Below are positions 1 to 8,153 of a stretch of DNA of 32,000 nucleotides, piece by piece. Source of the stretch: Saccharolobus solfataricus (GTDB lineage: Archaea > Thermoproteota > Thermoprotei_A > Sulfolobales > Sulfolobaceae). The DNA lies in assembly GCF_900079115.1 (NCBI RefSeq), contig NZ_LT549890.1:2910001-2942000 (forward strand), written 5' to 3'. The position numbers were made by a program, and so were the translations under genes. The first letter of the stretch is position 1; every line of letters starts with the position of its first letter. Under the pieces are notes generated by a model. The model searched no databases. It was given only the letters and a program-made list of their open reading frames with translations, and was not told the origin of the DNA.

Positions 1-1244
1 TCGCTTGCCACTATTCCAGCTGTATGTCCGTAATCTACAGCATTAACTAGCCTTATGGCCTCGTCTAAATCTTTAGCTTCAGTTACACTTAAAACTGGAC
101 CGAATATCTCCTCCTTAAATAGTCTCATGTCGGGTGTGACTCCTTCGAATATTGTAGGTTCTAAGAAATATCCCTTTCCGGATAGTGTATTTCCGCCATA
201 GACTAATTTAGCACCTGCACTCTTACCGTACTCTATGTACTCTAAGTCTTTCTTAAATTGGCCCTCATCTACAACTGGACCCATGTCAACGTCTTCAGTA
301 CCTGGTCCTACTTTCCACTTTTTAACTCTTTCCAGTAGTCTTTGTCTAAATTGACTATATACGTCTTTATGAACTATTAACCTACTTGTTGCAGTGCATG
401 ACTGGCCAGTTAGTCCAAATCCTCCCCTTACTGCTAATTCAGCAGCTAACGTTAAATCAGCACTCTTATCTACGTATAGTGCATTTTTACCTCCTAGTTC
501 CAATTGAATTCTGGTCATTCTATTTTTATTTCCTACAAGTTTATAAATTCTCTTACCTACCTCAGTTGATCCAGTAAAGGATACCGCTGCTATGTTTTCA
601 TCAGTTACTATTGTATCTCCCACCTCACTTCCTTTACCGACAATTAAATTCACAACTCCATCCGGTAGCCCGGCTTTAGATAATACATCTACTAATTTAG
701 CAACCATTAATGGTGTTTTCGACGCTGGTTTTATTATTGCAGTGTTACCAGCTGCTAGAGCCGGGGCTAATTTCCACACCGGTATTGATAATGGGAAATT
801 CCATGGAGTAATTAAGGCTACTACGCCTAAGGGTTCCTTTACTGTAAATATCCTAGTATTAGGATCTGCTGAAGGGAGCGTTTTTCCAGATATTTTAAAT
901 GCTAATGCCCCATAAAACTTAAGCAAATTATAACTCCTAACTACCTCAAACATGCTATCCTTTAGGGTCTTACCCTCTTCCAATGTCATCAATAACGCAA
1001 ATTCTTGAGCTTCTTGTTCCATTAATTCCCCAGCCTTGAGTAATATTGCACCTCTTTTGGGTGCCGGAGTCTTTGACCATTCGTCGAATTTAGCTACAGC
1101 CTTGTTTATGGCCTCCTTGACATCGTCTTTTGTATGTGTTCTAATTTTAGCTAATATGTGATCCCTATCGGCTGGGTTAATGTCAATGTATTCCTCTCCA
1201 CTGCCCTTAATCCACTTGTCAGCTAATTCTTGATACGATTTCAT
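1..1244 (-). CDS. Aldehyde dehydrogenase, first ~414 codons (C-terminus runs off the window). Best read as the 2,5-dioxopentanoate (alpha-ketoglutarate semialdehyde) dehydrogenase of the Sulfolobus D-arabinose pathway.
   Basis: Absent from the ORF track because it has no stop inside the window. My translation of the minus strand from ATG 1244..1242 reads MKSYQELADKWIKGSGEEYIDINPADRD... and stays open to position 1. ALDH signatures are present: PWNFP, FTGSTEVG, ELGGKN (catalytic Glu) and GQSCTA (catalytic Cys). It is divergent from kdaD across a shared ARA box, as I recall for SSO3117/SSO3118. Confidence 0.85.
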   Translation of the reverse strand, partial: MKSYQELADKWIKGSGEEYIDINPADRDHILAKIRTHTKDDVKEAINKAVAKFDEWSKTPAPKRGAILLKAGELMEQEAQEFALLMTLEEGKTLKDSMFEVVRSYNLLKFYGALAFKISGKTLPSADPNTRIFTVKEPLGVVALITPWNFPLSIPVWKLAPALAAGNTAIIKPASKTPLMVAKLVDVLSKAGLPDGVVNLIVGKGSEVGDTIVTDENIAAVSFTGSTEVGKRIYKLVGNKNRMTRIQLELGGKNALYVDKSADLTLAAELAVRGGFGLTGQSCTATSRLIVHKDVYSQFRQRLLERVKKWKVGPGTEDVDMGPVVDEGQFKKDLEYIEYGKSAGAKLVYGGNTLSGKGYFLEPTIFEGVTPDMRLFKEEIFGPVLSVTEAKDLDEAIRLVNAVDYGHTAGIVAS

Positions 1245-1284
1245 ATTAACTAAATCACCTTAATGGTTTTTATTTTGCTATGCT

Positions 1285-1292
1285 AACATGTT
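1285..1292. promoter_or_regulatory. ARA box (AACATGTT), the palindromic cis element of the arabinose-inducible regulon, shared by two divergent promoters
   Basis: Exact 8-bp palindrome AACATGTT. It is flanked by TATA-like elements on both sides: TTTATTAAA at 1303-1311 for kdaD, and AAAATAAAAA on the minus strand at about 1267-1276 for the dehydrogenase. The box centre (1288.5) lies about 42 nt from the kdaD ATG (1330) and about 44 nt from the dehydrogenase ATG (1244). Confidence 0.8.
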
Positions 1293-1329
1293 TACTACCA
1301 ACTTTATTAAACGCTGAACGCATTTTATC

Positions 1330-2217
1330 ATGATGAAATTATTTAGAGTTGTAAAGAGAGGATATTATATAAGTTACGCAATATTAGATAATAGTACAAT
1401 AATAAGGTTAGATGAAGACCCGATTAAGACTTTAATGAGGTATGCGGAAAATAAGGAAGTCTTAGGAGATAGAGTTACTGGAATAGATTATCAGTCATTG
1501 CTTAAGAACTTTCAAATTAACGATATTAGAATAACAAAACCAATGGATCCTCCAGAAGTCTGGGGATCTGGAATATCATATGAAATGGCTAGGGAGAGGT
1601 ATTCTGAAGAGAACGTAGCTAAAATATTAGGCAAGACAATTTACGAAACAGTTTACGATGCAGTTAGACCAGAGATATTCTTCAAGGCTACTCCAAATAG
1701 ATGTGTGGGACATGGCGAGGCAATAGCGGTAAGAAGCGATTCCGAGTGGACACTTCCAGAGCCGGAATTGGCAGTAGTATTAGACTCCAATGGTAAAATC
1801 TTAGGCTATACCATAATGGATGATGTTTCCGCCAGAGATTTGGAGACTGAAAATCCTCTCTACTTACCGCAATCTAAGATATACGCTGGTTGTTGTGCCT
1901 TTGGACCAGTGATAGTTACCCCAGATGAGATTAAGAATCCATATGGACTTGATATCACTTTAAGGATTATGAGAGATGGTAAAGTGTTTTTTGAAGGATC
2001 AGTGAATACAAACAAAATGAGAAGGAAAATAGAAGAACAAATAGAATACTTAATTAGGGATAACCCTATACCAGATGGGACAATTCTAACTACAGGTACT
2101 GCCATTGTTCCAGGTAGAGATAAGGGACTTAAAGATGGAGATATCGTGGAAATAAGTATAAGTAATATTGGGACACTCATAACTCCAGTTATAAAAAGAA
2201 GAAAAAAATTGTTATAA
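1330..2217 (+). CDS. kdaD: 2-keto-3-deoxy-D-arabinonate dehydratase (FAH superfamily)
   Basis: The 295-aa ORF MMKLFRVVKRGYYISYAILDNSTIIRLDEDPIK... closely matches the S. solfataricus KdaD (SSO3118) sequence as I remember it. It has an FAH-type C-terminal domain. The true start may be the second ATG (1333), which lies 26 nt from the TATA centre. Confidence 0.9.
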   Translation: MMKLFRVVKRGYYISYAILDNSTIIRLDEDPIKTLMRYAENKEVLGDRVTGIDYQSLLKNFQINDIRITKPMDPPEVWGSGISYEMARERYSEENVAKILGKTIYETVYDAVRPEIFFKATPNRCVGHGEAIAVRSDSEWTLPEPELAVVLDSNGKILGYTIMDDVSARDLETENPLYLPQSKIYAGCCAFGPVIVTPDEIKNPYGLDITLRIMRDGKVFFEGSVNTNKMRRKIEEQIEYLIRDNPIPDGTILTTGTAIVPGRDKGLKDGDIVEISISNIGTLITPVIKRRKKLL

Positions 2218-2221
2218 TGTA

Positions 2222-2234
2222 TTTTTTAAAAAAA
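2222..2234. terminator. Bidirectional oligo-T terminator (T6 followed by A7) between convergent kdaD and the MFS gene
   Basis: TTTTTTAAAAAAA exactly fills the gap between the kdaD stop (2215-2217) and the MFS stop (2235-2237). Each strand reads an oligo-T tract immediately after its stop codon, and archaeal RNA polymerase terminates at oligo-T. Confidence 0.6.
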
Positions 2235-3656
2235 TCAACTAGACTGTTGGGTACTCTCTTCCAATTCTTCCACATCTGCTAATTTGTATGTCCTTGTATC
2301 ATAACCTATTATTAAACCCACTATCCCCGTTAATATACCATAAACTGCTAAACCTAACGTTAAGGAAACTGGATTGTATGTAATACCTAGAATCCCTATT
2401 AAAAGTCCTATAACTGCAGCTAGTTTCACCCAAAAATATCCCCACCCTGCAGCAGTTCCCCTCTCTTTAGCTCCAAAATATGCATTTATGGATGTCATAC
2501 CTTGACTAGCCGGACCTATGACGTGGAAGAAAAAGAACAAGAAAGAGAATACTGCAAAGTATATTAAGGGTAGATGATAGATATAAGTAAGTGCAATTAA
2601 TCCTACTGAAATACCCTCACCTACAGCCCCTATCACATACTGAGATTTAGTACCTATTCTAGGTGTTAGCCATGCAGTTAAATAACCCCCTATTACTCCT
2701 CCACTATATAAGAAAGCTGAAGCGATAATTGCAGCTAAAGGTCCTGCTAATTTTAATGCCAATAAGATGTAAGGTACATAAAATCCAAATGTATAAAATA
2801 TGAAGCTTTGTTCGAAATTACCATTAAATGCATATATTAATTCTCTCCATTTAGTTTTTCTAAATATGCTGAAAGCACTTTTTAATCCTCTTGCTGGAAC
2901 TCTTATATTTAGATCTACATCTGGTACATCAGCTAGATCAATTCCGTAAGTCTGCTTTAATATTCTTTTCGCAGTAGCTAATTTGCCTTGATATGCAAGC
3001 CAAAGAACAGATTCTGGTATTTTACTTCTTAGTAATAATATTATTATTGCCAACAGTCCTCCAACTATCATGATAATTCTCCATAATAATGGTGATGTTA
3101 AATCACGCGTAACAAAGTAAAATGGAACTACAATAAAAGCTATTGTGACTTCGTACATAATATACCATTGTATTTGCCATAAATTTGACCAGAATAATCT
3201 TTGCTTTTTTTCTAGATATTCGAATATATATGCAAAACCGGTAGCAGTATCTGCACCTAATGCAAAACCTAATAATCCTCTAAAAATAGTTAGCTCAGTA
3301 ATATCAGTAGATAAACCACCTAAAATTGCCATAGCTACAAAAAGTATCATATTTAAGATGAACATGTTTCTTCTGCCTATACGATCATTTAACCAACCGC
3401 CTATTACTGCCCCTATGACAGCACCTAACTGAACAGCGGCTATTGCGAAAGAAATCGCAATTGCAGGTTGTTTAGGAAATGTAGCTTTAAGAGATGCAGT
3501 ACCAAAAGTCAGTGAGGCGAAATCATACGCATCAAGCCATAAACTAGCTAACGCTAAAATTATTATATACCTTGCAGTTATGTTCTTAGTACCAAGTACT
3601 ACATCATATATCTTTTTTATACCTTTTTCTATCTCTTCTTTAGAATATTGCGACAT
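2235..3656 (-). CDS. MFS transporter, sugar-porter-like
   Basis: 473 aa with about 12 hydrophobic segments. It carries the GWLNDRIGRR loop motif, a PES motif (KIPESVLWL) after TM6, and an ATG start. Confidence 0.8.
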   Translation of the reverse strand: MSQYSKEEIEKGIKKIYDVVLGTKNITARYIIILALASLWLDAYDFASLTFGTASLKATFPKQPAIAISFAIAAVQLGAVIGAVIGGWLNDRIGRRNMFILNMILFVAMAILGGLSTDITELTIFRGLLGFALGADTATGFAYIFEYLEKKQRLFWSNLWQIQWYIMYEVTIAFIVVPFYFVTRDLTSPLLWRIIMIVGGLLAIIILLLRSKIPESVLWLAYQGKLATAKRILKQTYGIDLADVPDVDLNIRVPARGLKSAFSIFRKTKWRELIYAFNGNFEQSFIFYTFGFYVPYILLALKLAGPLAAIIASAFLYSGGVIGGYLTAWLTPRIGTKSQYVIGAVGEGISVGLIALTYIYHLPLIYFAVFSFLFFFFHVIGPASQGMTSINAYFGAKERGTAAGWGYFWVKLAAVIGLLIGILGITYNPVSLTLGLAVYGILTGIVGLIIGYDTRTYKLADVEELEESTQQSS

Positions 3657-4265
3657 ATCCTTCTTAAAAGAAACTATAATTATGGATATATTTAAATATA
3701 TAGCTTTACCAGTAAAGATTCTTAATATGCCTTATTTTTTTGTATATCATGACATAATTTTAAGGAAAAATTATTCATCAGATTCCTAATAATTCTCAGA
3801 AGGGAACTTTACTTAAATAAGATTTAATATATACAATATTATGCCTTAACCCTTGAGCTTAATCGAGGTTGCAGTAAATTCTTCTTTGGTCCATTAACAA
3901 GATAACCTATTATATAGAAGGCCTCGACTAATATCCGTTTACGAATGTCATAAGACATTTGAATTTTTACGTCTTTTCGCCATCACCTATACGTAATATA
4001 TGTTCACATTTAGTAATGCATTGAATACTTTCTCGATCTAATGACCAGCATTATAAACTATATAGTTAATTAGAAACTTCTGACTGTAACTAAAATGTTC
4101 TTCTTAATTTAAACCTAAAGTTATTTAATACAAAAAGATTTTACCAGAATTATATCTTTCAATTTTTAGCTATACTATCGAGAGCTTGATTTAAATATAC
4201 ATTGTATAATTACATATTTTTGGTAAATAGTAAACTTTATTAATTATTGAAGAATAAAGTCTTTT

Positions 4266-5567
4266 ATGGGAGGAAGGGAAATAAGTACGACTCAAGTGAT
4301 TAAGGTAGCCGTAGGTACTTCCCTAGGTACCACAATAGAATGGTACGATTTCTTCCTATATGGTTACGCAGCCTCACTAATATTTCCTAAACTATTCTTC
4401 CCCCCAACCTACTCTCCAATAACGGCTTTACTAGTATCCCTCTCTACATACGCAGTGGGATTTGTTGCAAGACCAGTAGGCGCAATGATTTTCGGACATC
4501 TGGGGGATAAATTAGGTAGAAGAACGGGATTGCTATGGGATTTAATACTAATGGGTATAGGAACTGGGATAATAGGCTTACTACCAGGCTATTCTTCCAT
4601 AGGTTTTCTGGCCTTAACAATTGCAACAATCTCTAGAATTCTACAAGGTATTGGCGTTGGTGGTGAATGGGGAGGAGCCACAACTTGGCTAACTGAATAC
4701 GCTGCAAAATCAAGATGGAGAGCTTTTTGGGGAAGCTGGGTTCAGCAAGGGGTACCCATAGGCTTACTATGGGCTTCCGCAATGTTAGGTCTTTTTGCAT
4801 CTTTTCCAAGCAATTCACCTCTCTCATTATTAAATTATGGATGGAGGATAGCTTTTTGGGTAGGAGCTATCGCAGCAGTAATAGGTATAGTAATAAGATT
4901 AGCATTATTGGAGAGCCCATTATTTGAAAGAGTAATAGAAAAGGGAGAAGTATCGAAAGTACCATCAATAGAAGTTTGGAGGAAATACTGGAGCAAAATA
5001 CTTCTATTGGCTGCCTCATGGGCAGCTCAAAACGCGGGATTCTATCTATATTCGGTCTATTCAGTAACCTTTCTTGCTGGAATAGGTTTCCCTAAGACTC
5101 TCGGCCTCTTAAGTGTGACAATATCCGCGCTAATAGGCATATTCATAACGGTACTATTTGGAATCTTAAGCGATAGAATAGGGAGAAGATTAGGAATGAT
5201 GATAGCGTTTGGATTTGGCTTAGCCTTTAGTTTTCCGTACGTTCTACTGCTATTTTCAAAATCATTTTCGTTAGTACTTTTGGCACAAGTACTCATGGTA
5301 GTAGCAGTGCTTGGATCTTACGCTATAATTCCGGCTTTCTTCGCTGAGAATTTCCCTACAAAATATAGGTATTCTGGAACTGGTTTATCTTACCACATGG
5401 CAGCGCCATTTGCAGGTGGTCTTGCCCCCATAATAGTCGCCGATCTAGTAGGAGAGAATTACTTAGGAAATTGGTGGGCATTTAGTGCGGTTTTCTCTGC
5501 TTACTTCATTATATCATTAATTGCACTAGCTGTACTTAAAGAGACTAAAGGGAAGGAGATGGATTAA
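4266..5567 (+). CDS. MFS transporter, metabolite:H+ symporter (MHS; KgtP/ProP-like) subfamily
   Basis: 433 aa. It has the N-terminal IEWYDFFLYGY motif, GHLGDKLGRR, and the QGIGVGGEWGGA motif typical of MHS permeases. Confidence 0.75.
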   Translation: MGGREISTTQVIKVAVGTSLGTTIEWYDFFLYGYAASLIFPKLFFPPTYSPITALLVSLSTYAVGFVARPVGAMIFGHLGDKLGRRTGLLWDLILMGIGTGIIGLLPGYSSIGFLALTIATISRILQGIGVGGEWGGATTWLTEYAAKSRWRAFWGSWVQQGVPIGLLWASAMLGLFASFPSNSPLSLLNYGWRIAFWVGAIAAVIGIVIRLALLESPLFERVIEKGEVSKVPSIEVWRKYWSKILLLAASWAAQNAGFYLYSVYSVTFLAGIGFPKTLGLLSVTISALIGIFITVLFGILSDRIGRRLGMMIAFGFGLAFSFPYVLLLFSKSFSLVLLAQVLMVVAVLGSYAIIPAFFAENFPTKYRYSGTGLSYHMAAPFAGGLAPIIVADLVGENYLGNWWAFSAVFSAYFIISLIALAVLKETKGKEMD

Positions 5568-5569
5568 AG

Positions 5570-6904
5570 CTAGCACTGTAAAAATCCATCTTTTAATTCC
5601 TTATTTTTTGATAACCACTCCAATACAAGTTCCCTATTTTTCTTGCTTAAGTAAATGAAGTTTCTACACAATGTCTTCCCTAGTTCTGTTGTTAACTTAC
5701 TATTTAAAGAGAGAAGTTTGAATAGGTCAAAGTCATTTATCCTTCTCCCAATCTGTTCAATAAAAGGTTGTAAATAGTCTTCACGTTTGATTATCAACTC
5801 TAATACCTTCTCTTTATTATCGAAAAAGAATACCGCATTGAAAGTAGTTAGAAGTCCATTAGCGAAGTTATCATTAGATAAGGCTAAATCCAAAACTCTT
5901 TCTTGGTCTTCTTTCTTCAATTCATAAACCCTACCTCTAATGAAACCAATGAAACTTCCTAAAGACTCACTTATACCTTCCCCAAACCCACGTGCGAAAT
6001 CGGGATTTCCTTGAGACATGTTAAAGGCAAGACTCTTTAAATCTTCAGTCAAATAGGGTAAAGAATTTCCGAAATTTCTACCTAATACTCTAGACAATTC
6101 TGAATCACTCTCTCCTACCTTAATTATTACATCCAAGAATTCGTCTTCCAATAATGAAAGATCAATTGATGATAGAAATCCTGTAGCGAATTCTTTATTT
6201 TCTTTCACCTTTTCTATGATCTTCTTCTTCCAGTGGTACGATAAGTTTTGAAAACCCTTTCCTATACCTATGCTAATACTCGGAAAATTGAGTAATTTTT
6301 CCTTCATTTTATCGTTAACCTCATAAAGCCTATAGCCTATTATTTCGTCAATCTCCTTAATTTTATTCAAGAAATTCTCAATATTATCTACCTTGTTTAA
6401 GTTAACGGTTTGTAAAAACTCATAGAGGAACATTGAATTGTCCTTAAATATCTCTAATATCTGTCTCCTAATCTCAAAAGGTAATTTATCGAATTGTCTC
6501 GCGATATTACTCCCCACATTTGGTATATGCTTTAATTGCGATACGTTAATCGCCAAGATCTTCATGATATCTGGATATTTGTAAAGTTCTAGATTGGCTA
6601 ACATTTCCATTGCCATAACTAGGTTTAAATTTCCCAAATAGAGTACCAAATCCCTATCTAACTCATTCCCGTCCATTCCTCTCGCTATTCCCCTACATAA
6701 GCTATGATAATACTCGCATGAGTTGACAAGGACTTTTAATGTTTCTTTATTAATTCTATTTACAACCTTTCCTATACTTAAACCCAACTGATAGAAATTA
6801 ACATCCCTATCCAGTCTATTCCAATTATCAGTAGTTAATATTTGAATTAATGCCTTAGCATAATCTGTAGGAAGGTTAGAAAGTAAATCTCCTATTCTCT
6901 CCAC
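5570..6904 (-). CDS. Hypothetical alpha-helical repeat protein (444 aa), GTG start
   Basis: A long ORF with a GTG start (6904..6902) 35 nt downstream of the araD stop. It contains at least four copies of a module of about 35-45 aa (see finding). I recognise no enzyme motif. Confidence 0.7.
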   Translation of the reverse strand: MERIGDLLSNLPTDYAKALIQILTTDNWNRLDRDVNFYQLGLSIGKVVNRINKETLKVLVNSCEYYHSLCRGIARGMDGNELDRDLVLYLGNLNLVMAMEMLANLELYKYPDIMKILAINVSQLKHIPNVGSNIARQFDKLPFEIRRQILEIFKDNSMFLYEFLQTVNLNKVDNIENFLNKIKEIDEIIGYRLYEVNDKMKEKLLNFPSISIGIGKGFQNLSYHWKKKIIEKVKENKEFATGFLSSIDLSLLEDEFLDVIIKVGESDSELSRVLGRNFGNSLPYLTEDLKSLAFNMSQGNPDFARGFGEGISESLGSFIGFIRGRVYELKKEDQERVLDLALSNDNFANGLLTTFNAVFFFDNKEKVLELIIKREDYLQPFIEQIGRRINDFDLFKLLSLNSKLTTELGKTLCRNFIYLSKKNRELVLEWLSKNKELKDGFLQC

Positions 6905-6939
6905 AATAGAAATTTTTAGATATTAGGATAAAAAAGAGT

Positions 6940-8061
6940 TCATGATTTACACTTATACTCTTCAAACACTCCATCTCTAATTGTATAGCCTAACCCCGGT
7001 CTATCCGGAACTACTAAATGACCATTATCAATTTCTATATTCTCTTTGAATATTTTATCTCTTAGATCATTTTTCCTTAGATGCATCTCTATCCAAGGTG
7101 AATCTATTGCAGCAGCCACGTGTAAATTGCCAATAAGGGATATACCACCAGCTGAATAATGTGGAATTAGCGGATATCCCATTATCTTTGCCATATTGCC
7201 TATCTTCACCATTTCAGATATTCCACCAGTCCACATTACATCAGTTTGTACAATATCTACTGCCCTCTTCCTCATTATCTCATAAAATTCCCATCTAGTG
7301 TAAGCAGTTTCGTAACCCGCTATTGGAACTTCCAGCTCCTCGGCTAGTCTTGCACTTAAATCAAGATAATCAGTTTGAATTGGCTCCTCGAAGAACCAAA
7401 TTCCTAACTTCTCTAATCTTCTTCCCATCTCTAGGGCTTCTTCAAACGTATAAACATTATTAGCGTCCACAGCTATTTTTACTTCCTCTCCAACAACTTC
7501 CCTTATAGCCTTAAGCCTCTCGATATCCTCCTCCATGGTTTTAGCGCCAATCTTTACCTTAATTCCCTTAAAGCCCATCTTAACGTAATACGCTTCCTCA
7601 TCTCTAAGTCTTTCAAGATCCTTCTTTTCGGAATAATAACCGCCAGTTATGTAAGCTCTTACTTTCCTTTTACTACCCCCAAGTAACTTATAAATTGGCT
7701 TCTTTGCCTTCTTCCCCATTATGTCCCATAGAGCAGTATCTACACCACTAATTCCAGCTATCACTATTCCTCTTCTCCCGAACCTTAAGGTAGCTTTATA
7801 CATTTTATCCCATAGGTGCTCAATGAGTTCCTCATCTTCTTTAAGGAGCAATGGCTTTAATACTCTCTCTATTGTAACTTGAACTACATCAGAGCACCCG
7901 TATGCCAATGACTCACCATAACCTACATAACCGTCCGAAGTCTCAATCTCGGTCACTACAATCTCCATTGGATGCTCTGCTAAACCTTTAATTGCTAAAG
8001 CATCCCTTTCATCATTTATCCCTTCGTAGCACAACTTATACGTTCTGATATCTTTTATCAT
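6940..8061 (-). CDS. araD: D-arabinonate dehydratase (enolase superfamily, mandelate racemase/muconate lactonizing enzyme family)
   Basis: 373 aa, MIKDIRTYKLCYEGINDERDALAIKG.... It has the MR/MLE architecture, with a KVKIG segment and the AVDAN / FFEEP / DVMW metal-ligand regions. Its context, next to kdaD and the dehydrogenase, matches SSO3124. Confidence 0.85.
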   Translation of the reverse strand: MIKDIRTYKLCYEGINDERDALAIKGLAEHPMEIVVTEIETSDGYVGYGESLAYGCSDVVQVTIERVLKPLLLKEDEELIEHLWDKMYKATLRFGRRGIVIAGISGVDTALWDIMGKKAKKPIYKLLGGSKRKVRAYITGGYYSEKKDLERLRDEEAYYVKMGFKGIKVKIGAKTMEEDIERLKAIREVVGEEVKIAVDANNVYTFEEALEMGRRLEKLGIWFFEEPIQTDYLDLSARLAEELEVPIAGYETAYTRWEFYEIMRKRAVDIVQTDVMWTGGISEMVKIGNMAKIMGYPLIPHYSAGGISLIGNLHVAAAIDSPWIEMHLRKNDLRDKIFKENIEIDNGHLVVPDRPGLGYTIRDGVFEEYKCKS

Positions 8062-8153
8062 GATAATAAGTAGCCCATATTGCTTATAAACATGAATCCT
8101 AACAAGGTAAAGTTTGAGAGAAATTAATAAGTACTTTTGCAGATTTATTTTTC

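Noticed and set aside
386-915. Plus-strand track ORFs 386..577 and 592..915
   Set aside because: They lie antisense to the aldehyde dehydrogenase gene. That gene reads open on the minus strand across the whole of 1-1244 and has clear ALDH motifs. The plus-strand ORFs have no recognisable motifs.
3361-3368. A second exact AACATGTT (ARA-box sequence) inside the MFS gene 2235..3656
   Set aside because: An 8-mer in 32 kb of AT-rich DNA is expected about once by chance. It lies about 290 nt inside a coding region, with no TATA at the right distance.
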